Assembly (NCBI GenBank): GCA_964016885.1
Contig: OZ024741.1
Coordinates: 228,470,001-228,534,000 of the forward strand
DNA from: Eledone cirrhosa
Lineage: Eukaryota
Reading direction: 5' to 3'
DNA: 64,000 nt
Part shown: positions 51,240 through 64,000 of the stretch, piece by piece
How the letters are laid out: every line of letters starts with the position of its first letter
How positions within the stretch are numbered: the first letter of the stretch is position 1
Notes under the pieces: model-generated
Told to the model about the DNA's origin: nothing
What the model saw: only the letters and a program-made list of their open reading frames with translations
The model's database searches: none
Position numbers and translations under genes: made by a program

Positions 51240-53111
51240 AACTCAAATCCTTCTATAAGACTTATATGTCCCTCCAAATCTGATATTGGAATAATTAGCA
51301 AAAAAATTTTGGATAGAGTCATCCCACAAATAAGAAAACACGTTATTTTACCACTCTGGGAAAACACTTCCCAGGTAATTAACTGGTTTAAAAATATTAG
51401 ATGTAAATCTTCTGCTTCATTTCTACAATTTGATATAGATAATTACTATTCTTCTATATCACCTATACTCCTGAACAAAGCATTGATATTTGCTAAAAAT
51501 AGATCTAACTTAACTTTGGATGACATTAATATTATTACACATGCTAGACTAACACTTATTGAATTTCAGAATGAATACTGGACCAGAAACACATATAGTA
51601 ATCTATTTGATATTACTATGGGTTCAAGCGATTCCGCCCAAATTACTGATCTTGTGGGCCTCTTTCTCCTTTTCAACATAAATGCCTCCTTTCCCCACCT
51701 TAAAGGTGGTTTATATCGTGATGACTGTCTTCTTCTTTCCAACAACCTTAGCCTTTCAGAAATAGAAAAAAACAAAAAGCATATTAGAACTTTCCTTAAA
51801 GACTATTATAGTCTTCATATTACTTTTGAAAAAACAAGTAAAGTAGTAAATTTCCTAGATATAACTTTAGACTTAGCTACGGGTATCTACCAACCTTACC
51901 ATAAACCCAACCAAAACTTACACTACATACACTCACAATCTAATCACCCTAAATCTATCCTTAAAAACCTTGCATATAATATATCACTTAGAATTTCTAA
52001 CCTTTCTTCTAACCAAGATGTATTTGATAAAAATGCGACCTTCTATAACGAAGCTCTAGATAGAAGTGGCCACAAAAATAGATTAGAATATATACCTTCT
52101 ACTAAAAATACTATAAACATACAACCTAATATTACCAACAAACACCAAATGAAAAGTACACACCTAAATGCCACCCACACTATACCCCAAAATACCAACT
52201 CTTCTAATATAAAGTATAGTAACTCTCAAAAAACTACTCATCATACAACTCTAATAAATGTTAATAATAAAACTCCTAATAAACAAGATAAAACACCTAA
52301 ATCTACAAATCTAACTAAAAATGTGCGTGGTGAGATCATTAACATTAATCCTCCTAGTAAACATCACGATACAATCTATAAAAATAATAAACAACATAGA
52401 AACCGTAATAGACGGGTTACTTGGTATAATGCTCCATTTAATTTACAAATTAAGGATAATATTGCTAAAAAAATTTTTTATATCCTAGAGAAAAACTTCC
52501 CGCCAAACCACAAATACCATCAAATCTTAAATAGGTCTACAGTTAAATTCTCATACTCAACAACAAATAACATAAAACAAAATATAAGTGCCTATAATGC
52601 ATATAAATGTAAGAATACCATAAGTATACCACCAATACATCAAACTAACCATAATATCTCCTCAAATACAGAATTAACGAAAGGTTGTAACTGTAGAAAC
52701 AAAGCAAACTGCCCATTAAAAGGAAATTGTCTTGTTAACAACATAGTTTATAAATGTAATGTTAAAACTAATGATTCTATTTGCTCATATATAGGAGCTA
52801 CTTCTAACAATTTTAAGGCAAGGTTTAATACCCACAAACATAGTTTTAAAAATGCCGCACTGGCTAATACAACATCTCTAGCAGAAAAAATCAATAGTTA
52901 TAAAAATAAGAATATAGAATATGATATAACCTGGAGTGTGCTCAAAAGAGCCACCCCTTATCAAAATAATAGAAATGAATGTAGATTATGTTCCCAAGAA
53001 CTATTTGAAATAATGAAATCTAAGGATATCCTATTAAATAAACGACAGGAATTAATTATATCGTGTAATCATAAACTAAGAAAAACATTTAAATATTATA
53101 AACCTAATTAA
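51240..53111 (+). CDS. Penelope-like element ORF, 5'-truncated, uninterrupted RT + linker + Cys-rich GIY-YIG (probably Naiad-like)
   Basis: Open from 51240 (NPSIRLICPSKSDIGIISKKILD); FDIDNYYSSI, MGSSDSAQITDLVG, GLYRDD, FLDITL, SNHP, WYNAPF, CNCRNKANCPLKGNC, VYKC..YIGAT..FKARFNTH, CRLCSQE, LLNKRQE. Confidence 0.93.
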   Translation, partial: NSNPSIRLICPSKSDIGIISKKILDRVIPQIRKHVILPLWENTSQVINWFKNIRCKSSASFLQFDIDNYYSSISPILLNKALIFAKNRSNLTLDDINIITHARLTLIEFQNEYWTRNTYSNLFDITMGSSDSAQITDLVGLFLLFNINASFPHLKGGLYRDDCLLLSNNLSLSEIEKNKKHIRTFLKDYYSLHITFEKTSKVVNFLDITLDLATGIYQPYHKPNQNLHYIHSQSNHPKSILKNLAYNISLRISNLSSNQDVFDKNATFYNEALDRSGHKNRLEYIPSTKNTINIQPNITNKHQMKSTHLNATHTIPQNTNSSNIKYSNSQKTTHHTTLINVNNKTPNKQDKTPKSTNLTKNVRGEIININPPSKHHDTIYKNNKQHRNRNRRVTWYNAPFNLQIKDNIAKKIFYILEKNFPPNHKYHQILNRSTVKFSYSTTNNIKQNISAYNAYKCKNTISIPPIHQTNHNISSNTELTKGCNCRNKANCPLKGNCLVNNIVYKCNVKTNDSICSYIGATSNNFKARFNTHKHSFKNAALANTTSLAEKINSYKNKNIEYDITWSVLKRATPYQNNRNECRLCSQELFEIMKSKDILLNKRQELIISCNHKLRKTFKYYKPN

Positions 53112-53597
53112 TAACATTATTTTAGAAATTAATATATAATTTAATTTAAATGTTAGTTAACCTATAAATTTAATTTAATTAAAATTCTACTACAGATGAG
53201 ATTATAAAATATTGTGTAATCATAAATTGTGAAAAACTTTTAAATATTACTAATATATACTTCGTAAATTAATTTATAGATTAATTTTAATTTATTTAAC
53301 CTTTTATTAAAATTCCTTTACAGATAAAATATAACAAAATATCGTGTATTCAATGACAGAGAAATAATTTTTAGTATTATAGACCTAATTAATGTACATT
53401 TTAGAAATATATTTATAATTTGGTTTTAAATTTGGTTAACCTAAAAATTTAATTTAATTGGCTTAAAATTAATATCCTAATACAGATGGATTGCAGAGTG
53501 TCATGTAATCATAGACTGAGATAGGTTTTGGATGTATACCTAGTTAATATATTCTTTGCAATTTTTGAAAAAGTATGTATATGTATGTATATATATG

Positions 53598-53630
<33 letters not shown>

Positions 53631-54269
53631 GTATGTGTATATGTGTATGTATTAATTTTAATTTCTGTTTACCTATAATTATATTCTACTATAGATAAAA
53701 TACAATATCTGTTTTAATTATTATAAACCTAATTAACATATACTATAGAAATTAATATACAATTTTTAATTTAGTTAACCTATAATTTATATTCTACTAC
53801 CGATGTAATACTTTATTTGTTTTTTTCCCTATTACTAAATTCATTTCCTAATATTGATACCATAACGTTAATAATTTTAATTTAGTTATACTATAATTAA
53901 TACTCTACTACTATTTAACTTCAAAATTCCGCTTCAAATATTATAAACCTAAGTAGTATACACCTTAGAAATCAATATATTAACTATCTTTAATTTAGTT
54001 AACCTATAATTAATGGTATACTTATATTGAAATGCATAATTTTGCCTTCTTTCTTACATTTCCTAATACTGAAACTACTATGTAAACACATTATGATCTA
54101 AATGCAGATTAATATTCTATGTTTCTTGAAACCTATATTTACTATAATCCCCACCCCCTACTATTATTATTTGTATTTGTAAGCGTGGATGTATGTATGT
54201 ATATGTAGGTTGTATATATGTTTGGGTGTTTATATGTAAGTATAAAAATACATATGTGCGCATGTAAAT

Positions 54270-54282
54270 AAGGGTGTATGAT

Positions 54283-54327
<45 letters not shown>

Positions 54328-54488
54328 ATATATATATATATGTATATATATGTGTATATATATATATGTATCTATGTATTTATGTGGGTATATGTGTGTA
54401 TGTATATGTATGCACATGTATATGTCTATGTGTATATGTGTGTATGTGTATATATGTACGTATGTGCGCATGTATATGTGAGTGTGTG

Positions 54489-54543
<55 letters not shown>

Positions 54544-54756
54544 AGTTGATGTGTGTATGTGTATATATATATGTATGTATGTGTATATATGTATATATAT
54601 ATATATGTATATATATATGTGTATGTATATATATATGTATATGTATGTGTGTGCATATTTGTCTGACTGTGTGTATTAATTTATTTATTTATTTATTTAT
54701 TTTATTTCTTTATTTTTTTATATATATGTATATGTATGTGTGTATGTGTATATATA

Positions 54757-54811
<55 letters not shown>

Positions 54812-55155
54812 ATATGTGTCTATATATGTATGTGTGTGTATATATATATATGTGTGTATGTATGTGTATGTATGTGTGTTTGTGTGTGTACGTGTGTATA
54901 TATTTATATGTGTATATGTATCTCTATTTATATATGTATATATGTGTATGTATATCCCTTTATTTATGTATGTCTGAGTTGTGTGAGCGTGTGGTGGTGT
55001 TTGTATGTATATACGCATACATGGATGTGTATGTATGTGTATATATGCGTATATGTATGTGTGTATATGTGTGTGTGAGTATATATGTATGTCTATGTAT
55101 GAGTATGTATGTGTGTGTATGTATGTGTGTATATATATATATATATGTGTGTATA

Positions 55156-55196
<41 letters not shown>

Positions 55197-55270
55197 TATA
55201 TGTGTGTGTATGTGTATATATATCTTTATATATGTGTATGTGTATGTGTGTGTATGTATGTGTGTATATA

Positions 55271-55335
<65 letters not shown>

Positions 55336-55421
55336 ATGTGTGTATATATATGTATATATTTATATGTGGGTATGTATGTGTATGTGTGTATATACATGAG
55401 TGTGTTTATATATGTGTGTAG

Positions 55422-55463
<42 letters not shown>

Positions 55464-55660
55464 TGTGAATCTATATATATATGTATGCGTGTATGTGTAT
55501 ATATATATATGTGTGTATACGTGTATATGTCTATGTATTTATATGTGTATATGTATGTGTCTCTATATGTATGCGTGTGTGTATGTGTATGTGTATTTAT
55601 ATGGTGTGTGTATGTATATGTATGTGTATGTATGTATTTGTGTATATGTGTATGTATATG
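54270..55660. repeat. (TA/TG) mixed microsatellite within the PLE 3' region
   Basis: Dinucleotide mosaic between the ORF and the tandem array. Confidence 0.9.
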
Positions 55661-57624
55661 TGACGGTATTTTAACGATAGTTATAGCTCTGATTCATCTG
55701 AATTATTGAGCCCTCTGCCGCTCATTTCGAATTTTGTTTATCGTGAACTCGTGCGCCGATTTTTCGATACTCGATCTTTCTAATATTTTTAGCTCTGGAC
55801 ATAGCTATCCACCAGTTAATTTTATTGCTCATTTTTTGTCGATTCTATTGAGTGATGAATAGCTTTTGTTTTATTTTAACATGTCTATTGAGCACTCTTA
55901 TTCGATATGTGTATTTCCACATTCCCTCGAATAGTTTTCGCGGATGTAGAGGTTATCTCCCTTGTCTAATGCCATGTGCGTTTTTCACTGGTAGTTAGCC
56001 CCTTATCCGCTAGGAAAAAAGCTCGTTGAGAAAGTAAACTCCGTTCCCCTTGCTCTAGTAGGCTTTTATATTTATATGTGAGCTGATAGAGTACAGTCTA
56101 AGGATTTACAGAAACCCAAGAAGCTAGATTTAACACCTTTCTAGTGGGTCCGGGTATGATTTTACATTCATTTAAATTATTGATGTATTGTTTTATTGAT
56201 ATTTTTTATCTGTTTGTCCCGAATCTTCTATTATCGATTTTTTATCGTATGGTTGATTGTAGACTTGTTCTATATGTGACGGTATTTTAACGATAGTTAT
56301 AGCTCTGATTCATCTGAATTATTGAGCCCTCTGCCGCTCATTTCGAATTTTGTTTATCGTGAACTCGTGCGCCGATTTTTCGATACTCGATCTTTCTAAT
56401 ATTTTTAGCTCTGGACATAGCTATCCACCAGTTAATTTTATTGCTCATTTTTTGTCGATTCTATTGAGTGATGAATAGCTTTTGTTTTATTTTAACATGT
56501 CTATTGAGCACTCTTATTCGATATGTGTATTTCCACATTCCCTCGAATAGTTTTCGCGGATGTAGAGGTTATCTCCCTTGTCTAATGCCATGTGCGTTTT
56601 TCACTGGTAGTTAGCCCCTTATCCGCTAGGAAAAAAGCTCGTTGAGAAAGTAAACTCCGTTCCTCTTGCTCTAGTAGGCTTTTATATTTATATGTGAGCT
56701 GATAGAGTACAGTCTAAGGATTTACAGAAACCCAAGAAGCTAGATTTAACACCTTTCTAGTGGGTCCGGGTATGATTTTACATTCATTTAAATTATTGAT
56801 GTATTGTTTTATTGATATTTTTTATCTGTTTGTCCCGAATCTTCTATTATCGATTTTTTATCGTATGGTTGATTGTAGACTTGTTCTATATGTGACGGTA
56901 TTTTAACGATAGTTATAGCTCTGATTCATCTGAATTATTGAGCCCTCTGCCGCTCATTTCGAATTTTGTTTATCGTGAACTCGTGCGCCGATTTTTCGAT
57001 ACTCGATCTTTCTAATATTTTTAGCTCTGGACATAGCTATCCACCAGTTAATTTTATTGCTCATTTTTTGTCGATTCTATTGAGTGATGAATAGCTTTTG
57101 TTTTATTTTAACATGTCTATTGAGCACTCTTATTCGATATGTGTATTTCCACATTCCCTCGAATAGTTTTCGCGGATGTAGAGGTTATCTCCCTTGTCTA
57201 ATGCCATGTGCGTTTTTCACTGGTAGTTAGCCCCTTATCCGCTAGGAAAAAAGCTCGTTGAGAAAGTAAACTCCGTTCCTCTTGCTCTAGTAGGCTTTTA
57301 TATTTATATGTGAGCTGATAGAGTACAGTCTAAGGATTTACAGAAACCCAAGAAGCTAGATTTAACACCTTTCTAGTGGGTCCGGGTATGATTTTACATT
57401 CATTTAAATTATTGATGTATTGTTTTATTGATATTTTTTATCTGTTTGTCCCGAATCTTCTATTATCGATTTTTTATCGTATGGTTGATTGTAGACTTGT
57501 TCTATATGTGACGGTATTTTAACGATAGTTATAGCTCTGATTCATCTGAATTGCTGAGCCCTCTGCCGCTCATTTCGAATTTTGTTTATCGTGAACTCGT
57601 GCGCCGACTTTTCGATACTCGATC

Positions 57625-57632
<8 letters not shown>
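55657..57632 (+). repeat. Tandem array of about 3.2 x 616 bp (PLE pLTRs)
   Basis: GTGACGGTATTTTAACGATAG at 55660, 56276, 56892 and 57508; units nearly identical; ends in (TA)n. Confidence 0.95.
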
Positions 57633-57674
<42 letters not shown>

Positions 57675-57711
57675 GTATGTATATCGATGTATATTTTATA
57701 TTTTACTTGTT

Positions 57712-57817
<106 letters not shown>

Positions 57818-58411
57818 CTTGATATATTTCTTTTTTCTTTTTCTTTTCTTTTTATTTCTAAATTTATAGATACATTTATAAATAGGCAGTCTGCTGACAC
57901 CGGTGAATACTGACCTCTTCTCCCCCCCCACCTACTTTCTGTATCTGGATCTAAATATGTGTGGCAGTGTTTATGTGCGCGCATTAATGTCCATATGCTT
58001 ATGATAATAGTATATACACATATATATGTGTGTGGGTGTGTGTGTGTATATGTATGTTCGTGGTTGTGTGTATGTTTATGCGTATACGCGCGTGTGTGTG
58101 TGAATGTACGTATATGTGTGAGTATATGAATGTGTGTATATATTTATTTTTATATTTATATGTGTATACGTATTTTATCTGTAGATTATAAACATACAGA
58201 GACATTAGCCTTGAATTTTTGTATTTACATACATCTTTTTGGCATGCGTATGCATGTGAACATATATCTTTATGCATATCTGTGAACGAAGTTACTTACA
58301 TATATACACACACCTAACTGTATAAACTTTTTGTATTTTCATTGGTCAATTTGAACTCTGTTCCCAAACAGACCTGTAATTTTGAATTGTTGTTATTATC
58401 AATAAATATAT

Positions 58412-58565
58412 TTCATTATTTCTGAAGACGGCTTATATATGTGTTGGTATGTATATTTAATTTTGATAGTTTGTATAATTTTGTATAATTTTGTACATAG
58501 ATCTGTTGAATATGCATGCCAATTCTAACACATATATATCCTAGAAACGATCGTTAAATAATGAA
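58412..58565 (+). ncRNA. Hammerhead ribozyme with about 115-nt stem II
   Basis: TTCATTATTT-CTGAAGA-...-GAAACGATCGTT-AAATAATGAA; 10-bp stem I, palindromic stem III ACGATCGT, GUU site. Confidence 0.85.
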
Positions 58566-59800
58566 CTTTTTTTGTTTAATATAAGGAACTGTTTCATTGT
58601 TTTATTCATTATTTTTTAAATATTTTATATATATATATATATATAAACTTTTTGAAATGATCTTTGCTAGATGCGATTTGATAGATAATTTTTGGCTTTA
58701 TCTGTTTTTCGACTCTGATGCTTATAATGAACTTGGCAATATATTGTCAATTAATTTTGAAGGGTTGATCTTTGTGGTTTATTTTTATTTTTATTTTTAT
58801 TTTTATTATTGTAGTATTTTCTAATATTTTTATTTTTAATATTTTTAATATGTAATATTTTTAATATGTAATATTCTTTCGTAATATTTTTTAGTTTTCT
58901 ATTTTATTATTACTTATTATTATTATTGTTATTTTTTAGTTTTGTTTCTGATATATATTTTTATTAGTATATTGAAATCTGCTCTTTATTTCTGCTTGAT
59001 AGATAATCTTGTAGAGTAAAGACAGGAATAGTAGTAATATTGACTCTATATATATTTGTGTGTATATATATACACATATATGTATACTTAAATTTTTATA
59101 CCACAATGAGAATGTTTTCCGTGAACTTAGGGTTTGCAGAGTTGATCATGTAAATTCACATAGATGTTTGTAGTTATCACATAAACATATGAATTTTTTA
59201 AAAAAACTAAACATAAGATCATTACTTTTCACACATTATGGATACATGTCTCATTCAGGAATACTGATATTTACAATATAGTGGCTGGTTTTTATACATA
59301 CTAATACTTCTACATTAAAACATAGGGTTTTTACGCCTCGCCTATGTCTGGTTATTTTTAAATTTTTCCTCTCTATATAACAGCTGGTTTCTCTCCATAT
59401 ATCTCCCTTACATTAATACTAGAGCTAAATAAATAAATAAATAAATAAATAAATGTATCATTGATACGTTTACTCAACGGACGTCCCACTACCTAGTTTT
59501 CTATATATATATATCTATCTCTATTTCCTCTCTCTCTATATATATATATCTCTCTCTGTTTCTTTACATGAAGTTCTTCTCTTTATCTATCTTTCCATCT
59601 CTCTATTTTGTTCCATGCATTTCTTCTTTTTCTTCTTTTTTTTTTTTTTTTTTTTTCTTCGTTTTCTGTCTTTCTTTCCTTTTTTCTCTCTTTCTTTCTC
59701 TCTGTGTACAATTTTTTCACTGCCAATTCAACTTTTTCAAATACAAGTCGATGTTGTTACGGTATGTCAAATCTATTTATCTATAAAACTGTTTATATTG

Positions 59801-59866
59801 TATTTTGTCTGAGGAAGGCATAGCATATTGTTAATATGAAATCCCTGAAATATATATAATGAAATA
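59801..59866 (+). ncRNA. Type I hammerhead ribozyme
   Basis: TATTTTGT-CTGAGGA-AGG..CATATT(gtt)AATATG..CCT-GAAATATATATA-ATGAAATA. Confidence 0.78.
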
Positions 59867-59993
59867 AATATGGTTTTATAAATATAGTTTCCATTTATTT
59901 AATATTGTAAATATACTCCAAATACTTGTCGAGTGCTTTTATATCAGTTATAAATATTTACTAGTTGTAACCCAACAATTTAAATATAACTTT

Positions 59994-60162
<169 letters not shown>

Positions 60163-60164
60163 TA

Positions 60165-60354
60165 CTTCTCCAAATTGAGAGATCACAGCTCAGGGTAGAC
60201 CCTGAGCATGATGGTTGGATAACATCCATGATCTTGGGTGTTGATGCTTGGAGATCCAGTCGGATCAGTTGGAGACGGTGCTTCTGACAGGACTCGCTGG
60301 AGGGAGTGTTTGAGGACTCTGTGCCCACCCACGACCCTCTCATGAAGAAGAAGA
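60165..60354 (+). mobile_element. RTE-like LINE 3' remnant
   Basis: [10 protein letters not shown] and DRTRWRECL-like peptides, (GAA)n tail, inserted in (TA)n. Confidence 0.55.
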
Positions 60355-60539
60355 TATATATATGTGTGTGTATGTGTGTGTATTTGTGTGAGTGTGTGAG
60401 TGTGTGTTTCTGTGCGTGTGAAGTGCCCACACTGCGTCATCAAGAAGGCTATAAATTAGTATACTACATGATTACTCTTAAAAAGTTTTGTAAAACTATT
60501 TGAAACGGCTGAGCTCAACGATGGGATTTTACCTCTTCA

Positions 60540-60610
<71 letters not shown>

Positions 60611-60724
60611 TGCGTGCGTGTGTGCGTGCGTGTGTGCGTGTGCATATGCGTGTATGTGTGTGTGTGCGTGTGCATGTGCATGTGTGTATGTGTTTGTGTG
60701 TGAATATTAGTGTGTGGTTGTGGA

Positions 60725-60768
<44 letters not shown>

Positions 60769-61117
60769 TTATTCCGGGTTGAATCGGAGGTAACCACAGT
60801 AAGTAAGGTAATCAATACATAGCAGAGTATAAATGTTTTAATATAGAAGAGCTTCTACAGGACTAGAACTGTTTCATATATATATATGAGGATGCAATTC
60901 CCTAACCTTATGGCATGGTCAAACTTGACAACATCTCCTGATTACTGAGTGAGCATTTCCTTGAGAATCAACAATGGAGTGGGTACATGACAGTAACAGC
61001 CTAGAATATGAACGATTTAAGTAAGCGTGTGAGGTACGAAGCAGGAATGTATAGCGGCTGCTCATGAACAGCATAGGGAAAGAGAAAATGCTTCATTATT
61101 AATATACCTCTCGGGGA

Positions 61118-61542
61118 ATTGCAGTATCGGTAGAGGGTTGGACGCCATCCTTTCTAGCATAGTTACGTCTCTTTACAGTCTGAGTTCAAATCCCGCCGAG
61201 GTTAACTTTGCCTCTCATCCTTGCGGTGTCGATAAAATAAAGTACCAGTAATGTACTGGGTAATTGCTGGCCTTGTTCCTAAAGTAGAAACAATTATTAA
61301 TATACCTCTCGATCAGAATTGAACCCAAGACCAGGATCTCCAGCATCTCTGGGACCTACCACTATGCCACTGAGTATCGGTAGAGCGTCAGACACGATGC
61401 TTTGCAACATAGCGTTATGGCCCTTTAAGTTCTGAGTTCAAAACCCGCCGATTTGCCTTTCATCCTTACGGAGGTCAATAAAATAAAGCACCAGTAATGC
61501 ACTGGGGTATGGCCTTTTGCTAAAAGTAGAAACAATTATTAA
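61118..61542 (+). mobile_element. Two family A SINEs
   Basis: About 61118-61297 (ATTATTAATATACCTCTCG-like TSD) and 61374-61542. Confidence 0.85.
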
Positions 61543-62128
61543 TATGATAGAAACATAGCAGAAAAAGAAAAGACCAACTCTGACAGCAAAGAAAAACAAA
61601 TCACATGTGAGAAGTAAAAAGAATAGTCGCTAAACTATTAGAATAGTCACCAACAGCTCCCAGTTTGCTGTGGTGGCTATAAGGTTAAAGGAAAAATTAT
61701 GAATCAATGTAGGCTAAAACAACCCGGACTTACACTGATAGCATCAATAATGCTTGGCACTACTATAGATACTGTCATGAAGGGCTGAAATCAGTGAGAT
61801 CTCATATTGACAGCTGATGAAGGAAATGTCCTACAATGCAAGCTCAATGTAGACTATTGAATATATATGTATATATGTGTGCTTATGTATGTATGCATCT
61901 GTCTATTACGTATGCATGTATATCGTATGCAGAATATTGAATATATATGTCTGTGTATATATGTGCGTGCTTATGAATGTATACACGTGTGCATTACGTA
62001 TGCCTGTATTTATGCACTCTCTTCATAAATATGTGAATTTCAAATTTTACGAAGTTTCCCTTAATTGTTATGAGTGTACGTATATTCTAATCCAGATAAT
62101 TTCAATGTTTTTAACGTTTAGGCTGATG

Positions 62129-62188
62129 GTGCTTCGAGTTGTATTTTCAGAAACGTTAGTGCATTCGCAGAAACACAATGTGTTCTAG
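62129..62188 (+). ncRNA. Degenerate hammerhead
   Basis: CTGATGG-T-GC...GC-A-GAAACAC(aat)GTGTT-CTAG; A9 mutated; homologous to 33997. Confidence 0.45.
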
Positions 62189-62278
62189 TTATATATATAT
62201 AACTATAAAAATGTATATACACTTCGACAACATTCTAATCAAAATGTGTATACATCCTATGGGATGCCCTGTATATAT

Positions 62279-62417
62279 ATATCTATCTAAGGCGGGTAAC
62301 ATTCCCGAGATCCATTGACGAGTTCTCTCCAGCGGTCTCTGTCCCTCATTATCGCTGCCATGTCCTGCGTCTCCAACAGACCAGTGTCTGTCCTTAGGGC
62401 ATCAACATACGTTAACC

Positions 62418-62420
<3 letters not shown>
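62279..62420 (-). mobile_element. RTE-like LINE 3' end
   Basis: LTYVDALRTDTGL..MRDRDRWRELV then stop and (TAGA)n tail. Confidence 0.65.
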
Positions 62421-62470
<50 letters not shown>

Positions 62471-62486
62471 GTGTGTGTGTGTGTGT

Positions 62487-62565
<79 letters not shown>

Positions 62566-62631
62566 AAAGGATGAAGGGAAAAGAACGGTCTTTGTTATCA
62601 ACAAAGCTGAAATATTATTTATGTCTGCTCG

Positions 62632-62847
62632 ATACAGTTGCTCGCTGCCTTAGGTTTTAAAGCATGTCTCCGAATTAACCATAATATTCTATTATAGTAT
62701 ATTTGGGAATGCTCATCAATAGACGCGTAGATAAGATGACCACCTTATCTACACATTTGATGAACAACATCCACACCTATACTCTATTAGAACTTTATGT
62801 ATAATGCAAGAGACATGCTTTGAAACCTAGGGCAACGAACACTGTAT
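62632..62847. mobile_element. MITE-like fold-back element
   Basis: ATACAGTTGCTCGCTGCCTTAGGTTTTAAAGCATGTCTC / GAGACATGCTTTGAAACCTAGGGCAACGAACACTGTAT; inner GTAGATAAG/CTTATCTAC. Confidence 0.65.
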
Positions 62848-62948
62848 GTGTATATATGCACGCAAAAAGTGAACGGTAACAACAAAGCAAACAACATCGT
62901 ACAATGAGGAACTATTTTAATTTAATGCTAGATGTAGTAGGAAAAGGG

Positions 62949-62984
62949 TCTCTATGTTTCGGACACTAGTCCTTCATCAGAAAA
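62949..62984 (-). ncRNA. Minimal hammerhead-like motif
   Basis: TTTT-CTGATGA-A-GGAC(tagt)GTCC-GAAACATA-GAGA; stem III imperfect. Confidence 0.55.
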
Positions 62985-63695
62985 TAGGACGACAAATAAA
63001 CGATGAAATAGAAAGAGTGTGAGAAGCGAAAGTAACGGAAGAAAGGTTTTTTGAGAAAAAAGATTGGTATTCAGTCAGTCCTTTTGGAGAAATATATATA
63101 TGTGCGCCTTGAAAATACTTGGCTTCAATTAGTCTACACATCATATTCAGTTACACAGACATTACTATGGTTATTAACCACGAACTTCCAACAATATAGG
63201 CAAACACGTCTGTGGACAGTTAAAGGGAGTACGCGGTCGCCGATACAGATTTCTCTGTCCCAACAGTATAGAAGTCTTGCGTCCTCTGTCGAAGCAGTGC
63301 CTGATAGACTAAAGGCTGTAATAATGAAGCGATGTGGATTAATTGAATAATGTTTTGCTGTAACATTGCTGAAAATGTTAGAAACTAGTGTACAAGCTTT
63401 CAAGTAAATTGGTTCAGATTTGGCTGAAATACATTGTTTAACATTTGTAACAGAACTTTTGAGTTACCCTCTAAAGGCAGCGTGTCTACAACTGTCTGTT
63501 ACATCGAGTATTGTGTAAAATCTATATATAAATATTATTATATTTTGGCACTATATAGATATCAAGAAATTAATCGAGGATTAAAACAATACTTTTTCTT
63601 CAATTATAATTTTCAACGTCTTTAGTTACGCTATCCCAAATCCAGAAACACCAACTCCAACGTCGCTGCCATTGCATGCACACACACATACGCAT

Positions 63696-63809
<114 letters not shown>

Positions 63810-64000
63810 GTATTTCGACCAATCGGTGTGTAGTTTCACTGAATTACTAAAGCTGATTGGTTTAGGCGTCAGGGTTGGTTGAGCATGTCTAACAACCACT
63901 AATTGATCCTATCCAAAGCATCAATTGTTTTGCTATTTTTAGAAATGATGAAAATAGCATTTTCTAGTAATCATCACCATCAACATCACTTTTATTATTA

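Noticed and set aside
61805-61840. CTGATGAAGGAAATGTCC; similar truncated core at 34739
   Set aside because: No correctly placed GAAA or stem III

Overview
AT-rich, microsatellite-saturated eukaryotic DNA with no recognisable host gene. The SINE types and (TA)n/(CA)n load suggest an octopus/cephalopod genome (inference). Most ORFs in the track are microsatellite artefacts. Real content: three Penelope-like retroelement (PLE) coding remnants (RT + GIY-YIG; one still open for about 620 codons), a degenerate full-length Helitron, a non-autonomous Helitron retaining a spliced mini-ORF, about 20 tRNA-derived SINEs, and L1/Tx1 and RTE fragments. The main hidden signal is RNA structure. About 20 intact or near-intact type I hammerhead ribozyme (HHR) motifs from roughly ten sequence families were folded by eye. 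They occur in non-coding tandem arrays (416-422, 519 and 616 bp units), in fold-back insertions and as solo units, nearly all embedded in (TA)n. Several show compensatory stem changes, palindromic stem III or very large stem II domains, and many are followed by a shared downstream RCTC...GAGYRC hairpin motif. This looks like a dense PLE pLTR/retrozyme ecosystem. PLE-associated HHRs and retrozymes are known in general; these families and architectures may be undescribed. No activity is shown, and many boundaries are approximate.
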